A stretch of DNA of 64,000 nt from Octopus vulgaris. Taxonomy: Eukaryota. Positions 36,950 to 49,613 of the stretch are shown one piece after another. Under the pieces are notes generated by a model. That model saw nothing but the letters and a program-made list of their open reading frames with translations. It made no database searches and was not told where the DNA came from. How positions within the stretch are numbered: position 1 is the first letter of the stretch; each line of letters starts with the position of its first letter. Both the position numbers and the translations under genes were made by a program. The DNA is taken from NCBI GenBank assembly GCA_951406725.2, contig OX597820.1, positions 99,200,001 to 99,264,000 on the forward strand. Reading direction: 5' to 3'.

Positions 36950-38159
36950 TTAAAATACTGGATGCTTAATCGCTACATAAACACCTGATTTCATATGTAT
37001 TCAATGAGGTTTCTCAGTGGAATTGAGCAGCAACAACAACAACAGCAACTACTGCAACATACTATAATAGTCAAACAGAAAATGCAAAGTCAGTTGAAAA
37101 CTGTATACTACACTAGAAAGGGAGGTTGATAGATAATGAGACAAATATTATACAGGAGATCCATAACTAAGCACAATTGCAGAAATATTGAGACAGGCAG
37201 CAGAGACAGCGAGGGACAGATTATTCAGGCAATCTCCATCTTCTCTCTGTTACCTGGACAAAAAATAATCTTACTCTCTTGTTGCTTACTTACCACCCAC
37301 TTACCACCATCACCATCACTATCATCATCACCGTCATCCACCCCTGGACATTATTGTCTCGAGTTCTGAGACTCATAGGACTTGTCACTTACTTGGTTTC
37401 CATGGTGTTTAAGTGACCGAGATCACAACATTACTCCTGAGGTGTTAACTATAGTTGCAGCAGCAGCGGTGGTGTGTGTGTGTGCGCACGCGCGCGCCTT
37501 ACTAAAGTGAGTCACTGCTATTTCAATATCATTTGCAGACTATAAGCACTCTATATTGTGTCTTCTATCAACTCTAACCCAGAATTCATGGAGATGTGAC
37601 AAACTGGTCTTGTTCTTGAAACACTAGCATCAACCAGCAAGGATACCTCTTTGTTAGCCTGCTAGAAGTGCTGCTAAATCTGCCTCAAACCACACCCTTC
37701 TATGAATGGAAGAGAAAGGAAGAATCATCATCATCGTTCAACGTCCGTTTTCCATGCTAGCGTGGGTTGGACGGTTCGATCGGGGATCTGGGAAGCCAGA
37801 ATGCTGCACCAGGCTCCGGTCTGATCTGGCAGTGTTTCTACAGCTGGATGCCCTTCCTAACGCCAACCACTCCGTGAGTGTAGTGGGTGCATTTTACGTG
37901 CCACCGACACAGGTGCCAGGTGAGGCTGGCAATGGCCACAAACAGATTGGTGCATTTTACGTGCCACCGGCACGGAAGCCAGTCAAGGTGGTGCTGGCAT
38001 CGGCAACGTTCAGATGGTGCTTTTTACGTGCCACCAGCACAGGGATCACAACTGCAGTTTCCATTGATTTTGATGTTGGTGTACTCGACTCAATGGATCT
38101 CCTCATGCACAGGGTCAAAATGGTGTTTCTTCACTTGCCACCTGCACAGAATACATGAA

Positions 38160-41100
38160 ATAAAGTGGTCCATGTTTTTGTGCTCAATTCTGGTTCTGAT
38201 TCTTGTGTGTTTAGTGGGACCAGTTGCTGAACTCCCACAAACTGCAGTGGGCAACCCTCCTTAATTTCATGTAGTATTCTTTCCAGCATGTATCACATAT
38301 TTTGCCTTGGATGCAACCTTGTTGAACATGGTTTTGTTTATTACATCCTCACCTATTTCATAGAATGGATTCACAGCAACCCTCAGTAGTCTTTTCATTA
38401 ACTTTCCGGCCAGTGATAATTTACAACCATCTGAAGCACTCCGATAGTTGAACAGAATTTTGTTCAACTAGTTGCTGCAATTCCCTGTCTTCAGATTAGA
38501 ATGCTCCAGTGCAGCTTTCACAGATTGTATGGCCCTTTCAACAGCACTGTTAGATGCCGGACTGTAAGCAGGTGCCTCAATTTTTCTGAAACTCATTGAT
38601 AACAACATTCTTTAATGCAACAAATTCAGGCCTGTTGTCTGATACTAAAGCTGCGGGCACACTAAAATGAGTGAAGACCTTAAGTAGCTTGCTTTTTACT
38701 GTTTAACCCTTTAGTGTTTAAACCGGCCATATCCGGCCCAAATATTCTACATGTTTTATATTCAGACTGGCGATATCTAGCCTCTCACACCTAACCTACA
38801 CTGACAGTCTAAAAATAAACAATCACATCATTGAAACCCCAAAGCTATAAGATAATGCACGATTAATTCAAAACAATTTGTGTGAAAAATTATTACATTT
38901 AACAGAGTCATCTGAACACTAAAGGGTTAAGTCAAGCGATCAGGACACAAGAATGCCTCAATCCAGTGTTGAATGCCCATATGTGTGCCATGTATTTTAG
39001 CTAATATCATGGCTCTATAAGATGCTGGAATAAATGGACGATTTTTTATGATATATTAAGCCATTTTCACACTTTAGAAAATCTTTCTCTTTAACAAATG
39101 CACATTCCAGATTCATGACCAGTCTCCAATTTTACTATAAAATTCTTTCTTTTATTTTGTTATATAATACATTTGCATTTAGTTGTTTGTGGATGCCTTC
39201 CGTCATTACGGGATTGATGTCCTGTCACGTAGTGTTGCATCTGTCCAAATGCAAAGCAAAGAAAATTATATCACCATCATTAGTCTCATTATACCTCAAT
39301 CAAGAGAGGGCATCGATGTGTGAAATACTTTTACCCAGAACATGCCTAATGACAAAATCGTACTGTGATAGAATCAATCTCCGCCTGGCTATTTTTTGCA
39401 AAGCATGTCGAGATAGATCTAAATCCTTCGCAAACAGGGTTTTTAAAGGCTGGTGATCTGTTTCCAAATAAAACTGTTTTCCCAGAAGGAAATGCCACAG
39501 TCTATCTATGCTCCATACCACTGCATAAGCCCCTCTCTCTATGTTTGTCTAGTTTCATTGTGCCTGGCTAAAGGTGTGGTTTATGAATTCTACTGGGTGT
39601 CCTTCCTGGGATAACACCCCAACTACTTCAATCAAGGATGCATCTACAGTGAGTGCTCATTTTCTCCATTGAGTATGGTTGCAAAATTGGAGCCTCCAAA
39701 AGACGTGTGCTAAGCATACAGAAGGCCTTATCTTGCTCTTTACCCCACTTAAATTCTTTAGATCTAGCTGATGAGAGTGGTTCTACTTTTTCAGCATACG
39801 CCTGAACAAATCATCTGTAGTAATTCATCAGACCCAATATTTTGTCAATATTTTTCTTTGACTCTGGTATTTGTATGTCCTTTAGTTTTGCTGCCAATTC
39901 CTGAAATGGAGAAATGCCCTCTTCTGAAATGTTCCTTCTCAGGAAAGTCAAATTTTTTCTTCTGGAGAATGACTTTTCTTTGTTAATAGAAAACTGCACC
40001 TTGGTTAACCTTGGAACTACCACATTTTTTCTGCTCATCAATTTTGCTTCACTACTAGCATAGATAGGCATATCATCTAGGTATACCCTCACTCCTTTGA
40101 TCCCTTTTAGTAGAGCTTCCATGCAGTTCTGAAATATGCCACTCAAATTCTTAAGGTCCATTTGAAGTCTGTTAACCAGGTAGAGACCGTTGGTCGTATT
40201 AATAGTGCAAATATGCCTTCCTCTGCTTATGACGTTTGCCAATATGCATGCTTTAAATTGAGAGTGAAGAAAAATTTTGTACCTGACATACCAGAGAAGA
40301 TAGTGTCGATTGATGGTATGGGAAAAAAATAAGTGTCAATATGAGCATTTAAATGAGCCTTGTAATCAACACACATGTGAAGAGATCCATCTTTTTTACT
40401 CAGCCATATCACAGGTGAGGCACATGTGACTCCAGAGTAATCCGACAGTGTGATGATACCCATCATTTTGAACCTCTTTAGCTCATCTTTCACTTCTTTT
40501 TCCAAATGTACTGGAACACATCTCGCTGAACTCATCACGCAATATCTTGCACCGGAGCAGTTAACTCAAGCCACAAAACTTTTAACCTCTGGGAACACCT
40601 CCTTGTTTAAAATGAAACAAAACGAACTGTCTTTAATAATACCTTTTCCAGTCAGCCCAAAAGAGTATAGGCTGTCTACCACAATAAATTTATGTGACTC
40701 ATTGGTGTTGTTGAGTTTAAATGTCACTTGGCTTGATCCAACAACCTGAACCAATCTATTGTGGCATGATTTGATTGGGATACATAACTGAAGCAAATAG
40801 TAATGGAACTATCGAACAAGCTGCCCCAGTATCCACTTTCATATCTATGTTTGTTATTTATAAAGCACTTGCAAAAACCTGTGCTATCTGCACTCTCGTT
40901 GTTCATGTTCAGCAACAAACTGTCAACAGATCCAGTCTCACTTGGAGATACATTTATCTTGTTCACACAGTGATCATTTTTGATTGGCAAAATTTTGCAA
41001 AATGCTCTAATTTGCTGCACTTTTCCCATTTTTCCCATTCGCATCCAAACATTATATATGATCATTCCAGATACTTTTTCAACCACCAGAGTCTGGGGAC

Positions 41101-41330
41101 TTACAAAAAGGGAAGCTTTATACTTTTACTTCAGAACGTGTGAGGCAAAGCTAATGAAAATTTGAAAACAAACATGGACGTTTAGGACAAACTTAAGAAA
41201 AAGCTTTGAACATGAAATAGTTGACAACAGCAGCTGGCTCATAGAAAGCTTTTAGTAGATTTAAGTTGTACTGGCCGTTCTCTAGTTTGATGATGAGGCC
41301 TCCCACCCTCCACGTCTCAGAGACCCTACA
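38160..41330 (-). mobile_element. decayed Ty3/gypsy LTR retrotransposon internal region (gag-PR-RT-RH-IN)
   Basis: Degenerate knuckle WEKCSKLEHFAKFC (~40985-41030), protease KVDTGAACS (~40810-40845), RT (ASPVIW..KKDGSLHMCVDYK, VYLDD), RNase H (TVDAS, FYLETDHQPL) and integrase (LVSDNRPEF, PAYSPASNSAVERAIQSVK). No LTRs recognised. Confidence 0.9.
38707..38926. mobile_element. piggyBac-like MITE inserted in the gypsy integrase region
   Basis: TTAA|CCCTTTAGTGTT ... AACACTAAAGGG|TTAA. Related decayed copies at ~26280-26460, ~28130-28927 and ~29250-29440. Confidence 0.8.
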
Positions 41331-41668
41331 AAGAGTAATGTTATCTGCCTTTTCTCATGACTAAGTACCAAAGTAAATAAATAATGTGATTATGACAATT
41401 TATCTATTATGTTAATAGTGACTGAAATATTTTGAAGTGCTGGGCTAAATATTTTGCTGTGTGTGTGTGTGGTTATCTCCCTTTACTTTTATATTCTGAA
41501 CTTTAATTCTGCTGATGTTAATTTTTACACTTTTTCACCTTTGGAGAAAGCCCAGTTTACAAGAAACACTATCACAACCACTACCAATCCTAGTTTAAAT
41601 AACAAGTTTGATTCCTCTCCATCACCTTTCCAACATTTTTTTTCATGGTTTTCTGTCAAACTTTACAA

Positions 41669-41877
41669 ATTATTAATTTAAATCAAAGTTTGAAAAAAAG
41701 GAAAATTTTTCAAAATTTGATTGAAATTAACACAAATGGAGTAACGATTTCCTTCTGTCCCATCTCTTATAAATAAATTTGTAGTACAAACTATCATTAT
41801 TTCCATTTTCATTTTTGCAAATTAATGTTGTTGTTAGTCCATTCTGTTGGGTGGTTGGTGTTAGGAAGGGCATCCAG
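41669..41877 (+). repeat. ~210-bp direct repeat, copy 1 (copy 2 at 43411-43612)
   Basis: Near-identical blocks AATTA.TAATTTAAATCAAAGTTTG...GGAAGGGCATCCAG on either side of SAP30L coding exon 1. Confidence 0.9.
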
Positions 41878-42269
41878 CTGTAAAAATCCTGCCAAAACAG
41901 CCACAAAAGTCTGGTGCAGGCTTCTGCCTGGCTGGCTCCTATCAAACCATCCCACCCATGCCAGCATGAAAGGTGGACATTAAACGATCGTAAGGAGTGT
42001 TATGGTGAGCTGACTGAATTGTTAGTAGGCTGAACAAAATGAATAGCACCATTTCTTCTAGCTTTGCATACTGAGTTCAAATGCCAGCAAGATCAACTTC
42101 AGGTCAATAAAATAAGTACCAGCTGAGCCCTGGGATCGACTTTTCTCTCCCCTCAAAAATTGCTGGCTTTGTGCCAGATTTAAAAGAATTATTGTTGTTG
42201 CTTAGGCCCAGATCAAACTTGGTTCAGCAAGTGATATTGTCAGTTAGTTTTTTTTTTTTTTTTTTTGAT

Positions 42270-42665
42270 AGGCGCAGGAGTGGGTGTGTGGTAAGTAGTT
42301 TGTTTACCAACCACATGGTTCCGGGTTCAGTCCCACTGCATGGCACCTTGGGCAAGTGTCTTCTACTATAGCCTTGGGCCGACCAAAGCCTTTGAGTGGA
42401 TTTGGTAGACGGAAATTGAAAGAAGCCCGTCCTATATGTGTATATATATATATGCGTGTGTGTGTTTGTCCCCCTAGCATTGCTTGACAACCGATGCTGG
42501 TGTGTTTATTGTCCCCCGTTACTTAGCGGTTTGGCAAAAGAGACCGATAGAATAAGTACTGGGCTTACAAAAGAACAAGTCCCGGGGTTGAGTTGCTCGA
42601 TTAAAGGCGGTGCTCCAGCATGGCTGCAGTCAAGTGACTGAAACAAGTAAAAGAGTAAAGAGAGA
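42270..42665 (+). mobile_element. family A SINE just upstream of the SAP30L ATG exon
   Basis: Full-length match. Confidence 0.88.
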
Positions 42666-42843
42666 GAGTATACTAGATTTTGCTTCCTAGCCAATATAGT
42701 TGTAGTTAAGTTATTGATAATTTTGGGAAAGGTATCAGTTTCAGAAATTCCTCATTTGAACCTAAATTTCTTTTGGTTATTTGTATGTTTTATTAATTTA
42801 ATTTTTTTTCTTTTTTTTTCTTGTTTCTTCCGTAGTAGTCAAA

Positions 42844-43023
42844 ATGAATAGTTCTGTGAACGGTTTCAGTACGGAAGACGACAGCCGGAGTGGGCATGAT
42901 CAGATCTGCAGCCTTATAGATGATGGTGAGCGCTGCAGGCGTCCAGCAGGTAATGCAAGTTATAGCAAACGGATACAGAAGACAGTGCAACAGAAAAAAT
43001 TAAAACTGACGAGGGATGATTGT
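42844..43023 (+). CDS. SAP30L: SAP30/SAP30L orthologue, coding exon 1 (N-terminus and first half of the C3H zinc finger)
   Basis: [60 protein letters not shown] matches the SAP30L N-terminus (NGFSTEEDSR...CCLIEDGERCxRPAGNASFSKRVQK...KKLKL). A polypyrimidine tract and TAGTAG acceptor lie at 42801-42838, with a GTAAGT donor at 43024 (phase 0). Confidence 0.97.
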
Positions 43024-45144
43024 GTAAGTTGTTTCATTTCTACTGGTAGTGGCCAGGGAGGGGTGATGGTCAAGGGTTGATTGTTCTGGGCATTGACAAG
43101 GATCAAGAGAACAGCCTAGTGGACTTTAGGCCAGCATGGCTCTATGGTTAAGAAGTCTGCCTTGCAATCATATGATTTCGGGTTTAGTCCCTTGTGCAGC
43201 ACGTCGGGTAAATGTTATTCTAGTGTAGATCCAAGCTGACCAAAGCTTTAAGAAACTAGAAAAAAAAAAAAAGGCCTGTTTTATGTGCTTGTGTGTGTTT
43301 ATGGAGTGTATTGATATTTTAATTTTAATTTTTTTTTACCTTGTGGCAGTAGCACTAATAGGGTCTTGCAATTTACAAAACTGGAGAGAAATAGGAGGGA
43401 AAGTTTGATGAATTACTAATTTAAATCAAAGTTTGAAAAATGGAAATTTTTCAAAATTTGATTGAAATTAATACAAATGGATAAACGATTTCCTTCTCTC
43501 CCATCTCCTATAAATAAATTTGTAGTACAAACTATCATTATTTCCATTTTCATAAATTAATGTTATTGTTAGTCCATTCTGTTGGGTGGTTGGTGTTAGG
43601 AAGGGCATCCAGGTGATGAGAGAGAGGTAAAATATGATTTAAGAGTGATGTCAAAATTCATTTTCATAAAAAAAAAAAAAAATGAAACAAATTACTTGTA
43701 TATTTTGAAGTAGTGTTTTTTCAGTAGAGATGAAGCTATGTCATTTTTAATAGCTCTTGATATGAAAAATTTCACACCAAGACTTTAGCAATACAATACA
43801 GTGAGGGACAGTATGATGTGCTAATTTTTCTTCCTCTAAATAAATATTGTATCATATGCCTCCTTCCCTCTTAGTTATTTTATCTCTTTGTTCCAGTTAG
43901 TAATAATACCCATGTTTAAGAGTGACACTTCATCGGTTACGACAACTAGGATTCCAGTTGATCTGATCAACAGAACAGCCTCCTCATGAAATTTACATGC
44001 ATGTGACTGAGCATTCCACAGACACGTGTACCCTTAATGTAGTTCCCAGGGAAATTCAATGTGACACAGTGTGACGAGGCTGGCCCTTTGAAATAAGGTA
44101 CTACTCATTTTTGCCAGCTGAGTGGACTGGAGCAACGTGAAATAAAGTGTCTTGCGATCATGAGCCAAATAGTCAGACCACTAAGCCATGTGTCCTCACC
44201 CATGTTTAAGAACCATTGCATTAAAAGACAAACATGATATAGTTCATGTTTGCAAGAACACTTTGGTTTGGTGGTTGAATTTGGCATGAATGACAATAAA
44301 TCTCTTATTTCTTTTTTATAGTTTTGTTCAGTCTTGGGCAAACTGGCTCACTGGACTTTCTGAGTGGCATATCAACAAAAAATTCCTGTGAATTTTTTTA
44401 GTAGTACAGCCCACCTGATAATGAGTTGAGTCATATAACCTGCTTCCTGCAAAAGGTTGCCTCTGCCTTGTTTAGTTAAAAGAGTGCAGCGTTAATGACC
44501 TTTGACAACTGATAAATCCCTTAACCTCTTGGGGGTCATGGGGCACTGCAGCCATGCAGCGTATCTCGGGTGAGAAAGCCTGGTGGAGCCCATCCCTCTC
44601 CAGGCTAAACTCACTTTTATAGCTGAGTGGACTGGAGCAATGTGAAGTGAATTTTTACACTCAAGAACACAATGCATCCCTGGTCTAGGAATTGAAGCCA
44701 CAATCTTACAATCGTGAGACCAACACCCTAACCACTAAGCCACGTGCCTCCACAGTGACCTCTGCATTGTCTCAAAGATTTGGATGAATTGGTGCATCAT
44801 CATTCAACTTATCCATTTCAATGCTGGCATGACAAGTGGCAGCAAAACTACTATGCATTAGATTATTGCTAGCCACTACTTCATTCCCTCTAAAAAAATT
44901 CAGTTGGAAATTAGTGGCTGTAGGTAGTCCCCACTACCAGCAAATAGAGCAACCCCTCCATGCATCACACATGGATCTGAGTCCTTCACATATAGCAGCA
45001 GATTCCTTCTGGAGAACTACTTGTATCTTCCAACAAACAGTGCCACTGTACAAGACATGGTTCTATAGGTAGTACCACATCAAGGTATTAAAATATCCTC
45101 CATCTGAAGACCTGGGCTGAGTACTTATAACAAAGTACATACTA

Positions 45145-45367
45145 CAAGTGGGGTGCTGAATAGTTCTTGGCTTTGGGTGAAAGAAAATCCAAAACGATCA
45201 GTTCATTATAATGTTATTCACTGTATTTCCCCCGCTCAGATTCACATATGTATTGCAGTGGTCCTTCAGTTTTTCTAACGCCTGTAAAAGAACTTGGAAG
45301 GTTGGGCCTCCAATCAGGCATTTTGCAATGCCCTTAAAGCCAGGAACTCTTCAGCCCCCAACTCATG
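45145..45367. mobile_element. mariner-type MITE
   Basis: TA-flanked imperfect TIRs GGGGTGCTGAATAGTTCTTGGCTTT / AAAGCCAGGAACTCTTCAGCCCCC. Confidence 0.65.
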
Positions 45368-45776
45368 TATATATGTGCGCATGTGTGTGTGAAGGCACAT
45401 GGTTGAGTGGTTAGGGCATTCGATTGTGAGTTCAATTCCTGGTGACGTGTTGTGTCCTTGAGCAAGACGCTTTATTTCACGTTGCTCCAGTCCACTCAGC
45501 TGGCAAAAATGGGTATTTCAAAAGGGCCAGTCTTGTCGCATTGTGTATCACACTGAAGTTCTCAGTGAACTACATTAAGGGTATACATGTCCATGGAGTG
45601 CTCAGCCACTTGCATGTTAATTTCACGAGCAAGCTGTTCCATTGATCAGATCAGCTGGAACCCTTGTCATCATAACCGATGGAGTGCCAGATATATACAC
45701 ACATATACACATACAGTCACACAAACACATAATAGCTAGATAGATAGATGTACATGTGTGAACTATATTTCACAGC

Positions 45777-45838
<62 letters not shown>

Positions 45839-45889
45839 TTGTCCCACCCAGGTTAGCTTGGAAGGCGGACGTTAAACGATAATGATAAG

Positions 45890-45934
<45 letters not shown>

Positions 45935-45939
<5 letters not shown>

Positions 45940-46148
45940 TTACTACCCACAGAGGGGACAAACAAGGACAGACAAACGGATTAAGTCGATTACATCGACC
46001 TCAGTGCGTAACTGGTACTTAATTTATCGACCCCGAAAGGATGAAAGGCAAGGTCAACCTCAGTGGAATTTGAACTCAGAACGTAACGGCAGACGAAATA
46101 CGGCTACGCCTTTCGCCGGTGTGCTAACGTTTCTGCCAGCTCGCCGCC

Positions 46149-46150
<2 letters not shown>
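45935..46150 (-). mobile_element. family C SINE
   Basis: Matches 23687-23918; inserted in (AT)n. Confidence 0.8.
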
Positions 46151-46200
<50 letters not shown>

Positions 46201-46201
<1 letters not shown>

Positions 46202-46418
46202 GAGCTGGTATTGAAAAGTTACTGGCTTAGGTAAAAGTTAATTAACTGAGGACCAGTTAATTATGATTTTTTATTCAACATATTGCCCTCTCAGATTCAC
46301 ACATTGCAGTAGCCCTTCAGTTTTTCTAATCCCTGTAAAAGCAAATCAAAAGTTTGGGCTTCCAGTCAGACATTTCTTGATACCTTTAAAGCCAGAAACT
46401 TTTTCCAAGCACCTCTCG
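46201..46418. mobile_element. mariner-type MITE, second copy
   Basis: Similar along its length to 45145-45367. Confidence 0.6.
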
Positions 46419-46567
46419 CACTAAAAGTATCAAAGCGTGACGAATTTATTGAATCCAGATGATTAAACAAGTTTACTAACACTTGCTACTGTTTCTTCTA
46501 TTATTGAAAATCTGAAAATACACCCATTGCTTGTCTTAAGAATTTCGTTTTTTGCCATGCTTCACAG

Positions 46568-46690
46568 GTTTCTCATATCTACATTTGCGACTATCATAAA
46601 AATGTCATTCACAATGTTCGCTCAAAGCGGAAGAGGAAAGATAGCGAAGACGATCGTGGATCACTAGAGGGCGACGAAGAGATACCAGAG
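46568..46690 (+). CDS. SAP30L: SAP30/SAP30L coding exon 2 (zinc-finger C/H ligands, polybasic NLS, acidic linker)
   Basis: TTCACAG|...|GTAAAT; 123 nt encode VSHIYICDYHKNVIHNVRSKRKRKDSEDDRGSLEGDEEIPE, matching SAP30L HLYICDFHKN...RNKRKRK...IPE. Phase 0. Confidence 0.97.
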
Positions 46691-46753
46691 GTAAATCTAA
46701 TTAAGTTACTCTTTATTTATTGTTGATATTTCTTCTGACTATTTCAAATACTC

Positions 46754-47161
46754 GGTTCGAACGGCAGTTTTTTCTAGCGGTGTCATATGAAATTGTCACC
46801 CATAATTATGACCCTAGTATCAATCCATTGCATTTCAATCTATATTAGGGTTAAGGGTGAGGGAAAGGGTATCTTTTTTCTTCACAAATGTAAATAAACC
46901 CAATCTGTTTTTTAAACGAGGGACATATTCATACGGCACAGAATGTTTTTTTTTTTACCTCAATGGACGTCAGTGATTGGTTGAAATTGCAGAAATTGAA
47001 GAAAAAAAAAAACAACGAATATTTTAGAAACTATAGAATTTTCTCAATAAAGCCAAGAGAAAAAGATGTTTTATAAACGCATTCTACTAGTATACGAAGT
47101 TTAAAATTTTTTAGTTACCTAGAAATTATGTTAAAAACTGCCGTTCAAACCGAAAAGATCC
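46754..47161. mobile_element. second copy of the same MITE (left TIR internally deleted)
   Basis: Highly similar to 50415-50835. TSD AAAT(A/G)CTC at 46746-46753 and 47162-47169. Confidence 0.85.
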
Positions 47162-48223
47162 AAATGCTCTCCTTTTTATCGTAAGTCTGTTCGAGGACGA
47201 TTGATCCGGGACTAAGCACGAATAGTATGCCAAGATTGTGGTGGCGCTGCTGTTGTCTCCGCCGCCGCCGCTGCCGCCATTCCGTTAGTTGCAATTACTT
47301 CGTTGTAGTTTGTTCCAAAACTTTGTACTGAAACAGAAAGAGTTATCCACCTTCCTTAGATATTTCTCTCTCTTTGTTAAACGTGTCTGAATTAGAGTGA
47401 CGGCCCTTTAGTTGGATCCTTTCTGATGCTTTTTTTTATTTGAATATGAAAATCAGAGTGACTTCCCTCTTGTCAGCAAGACAAAGTAGCGACATCAGAT
47501 AGCGTCATATTTGAAAGAGAAATTTTTAGAAACAAACAAACGTTTTTTTTCCTCGACTTTAATTTTTTTTTATTTTAATTTTTTACACATTATTTATTAT
47601 TTTAATATGCATATCAAAATATAAATTAATTTATTTATTTTGTAATATATATTATATTTTTTCTTTTTAATTTTTAATATAAAGTATGTAAAAATAAAAA
47701 AGAAGGCTTGATTGTCTCGGTGCCTTACCTAAACTGTAGCTGCAAAAAGATCCCTTTTGATTCTGTGGCTCTGCATCTGAATAGACTGGAACAACATGAA
47801 ATATAGTGGTGTAAGACACAACGTGCTTGCCTTATTCTAAGAATCAAAACTCCAGACGTTTTTGATTGTGTCAGCTCCACATTCCTTTACTGCAAGGTGT
47901 GGAGTGTATAATAAACATTAATAAATTATACACAGGCATAAGTAAGAAGTTTGATTCTCAACCACGTAGTTTCAGATTTAGCCCCAGGGCAACCCAAAAG
48001 CCAAAAAACCTTGTGGGTGGATGTGGTAGATGAAAACTGAACACATGCAGACATACGTGTCTGTATTTTTGTTTCACTGCACCCCCCACCCCCGCTTATT
48101 GTTAGCCGATGTTTCTTTGTTTATGTCCGTAAGTACCGCACTTAGAAAATATATAAATATTCATGTTGATGTGTTTGACTAAAACACAAGGCAAGTAAGT
48201 ATCCCACAGTGCAATGAATATCT

Positions 48224-49613
48224 CTTTACTCTCTTTTACTCTTTTACTGGTTTCAGTCATTTGACTGTGTCCATGCTGGAACACCACCTTTTAGTCGAGC
48301 AAATCGACCCCAGGACTTATTCTATCGGTCTCTTTTGCCGAACCGCTAAGTTACAGGGACATAAACACACCAGCATCGGTTGTCAAGCAATGCTAGGGGG
48401 ACAAACACAGACACACAAACACGCACACACATATATACGACGGGCTTCTTTCAGTTTGTCTACCAAATCCACTCACAAGGCTTTGGTCAGCCCGAGGCTC
48501 TTACCCAAGGTGCCACGCAGTGGGAATGAACCCAGAACCATGTGGTTGGTAAGCAAGCTACTTACCACACATCCACTCCTACGCCTATATTATTCTTTTG
48601 TTCTTTTCGTTTTTACACATTAACTTGTTTCAGTCATTTGACTGTAGCCATGCTGGAGCAACACTACGAAGGAGTTTAGTCAAATAAATCGACCTGAGGA
48701 CATATTTTTAAGTCTAGTACTTACTTATTCTATCATTCTCGTTTGCCAAACTGCCAAGTTACTGGTATATAAAAAAAAACCAACACCGGTTGTCATGTGG
48801 TGGTGGGAGGACAAATACATACGTGCGCACACACACACACGACAGCCTTTTTTCAGTTTCCATCTACCAAATCCTCTCACAAGACACTTGCCTAACATGC
48901 CACACATTGGGACTGAACCCAGAACCATGTGGCTAGGAAGCAAGCATCTTACCACACAGTTACACCTGCACTTATTAATTATATTTATTATATATTATTA
49001 ATAAAATGGGAATTGAAGTGTCATGTCGGCATCAGATTACAAGACCTTGTGTTCTTTGTTCCAGTTCAAATCCTTCTGTGGCTAAAATTGCTTTTCATCC
49101 TGCTGGAGTCTGTAAAATAAGTTTGACTAAACAAACTCTTTTTTTTTTTTTTTGTTACTATATTTCTTTTGCAAAATACACAAACTTTTTATTTCTCTTT
49201 TACTTGTTTCAGTCATTTCACCGTGGCCATGCTGGAGCACCACCTTTAAACAAGCAACTCGACCCCGGGACTTATTCTTTTGTAAGCCCAGTACTTATTC
49301 TATCGGTCTCTTTTGCCGAACTGCTAAGTAACGGGGACATAAACACACCAGCATCGGTTGTCAAGCAATGCTAGGGGGACAAACACAGACACACAAACAC
49401 ACACACGCACATATATATATATATATATATACATATACACACATACATACGACGGGCTTCTTTCAGTTTCCGTCTACCAAATCCACTCACAAGGCTTTGG
49501 TCGGCCCGAGGGTATAGTAGAAGACACTTGCCCATGGTGCCACGCAGTGGGACTGAACCCGGAACCATGTGGTTGGTAAACAAGCTACTTACCACACAGC
49601 CACTCCTGCGCCT
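48224..49613 (-). mobile_element. cluster of three family A SINEs (48224-48587, 48622-48970, 49192-49613)
   Basis: Each matches the family sequence seen elsewhere in the window. Confidence 0.85.

Noticed and set aside
41340-41400. Possible primer-binding site or LTR edge of the gypsy remnant
   Set aside because: No matching second LTR and no clear tRNA complementarity can be read.
43024-43080. ORF-track extension of the SAP30L exon (VSCFISTG...)
   Set aside because: This is intron read-through past the GTAAGT donor; homology continues in the exon at 46568.
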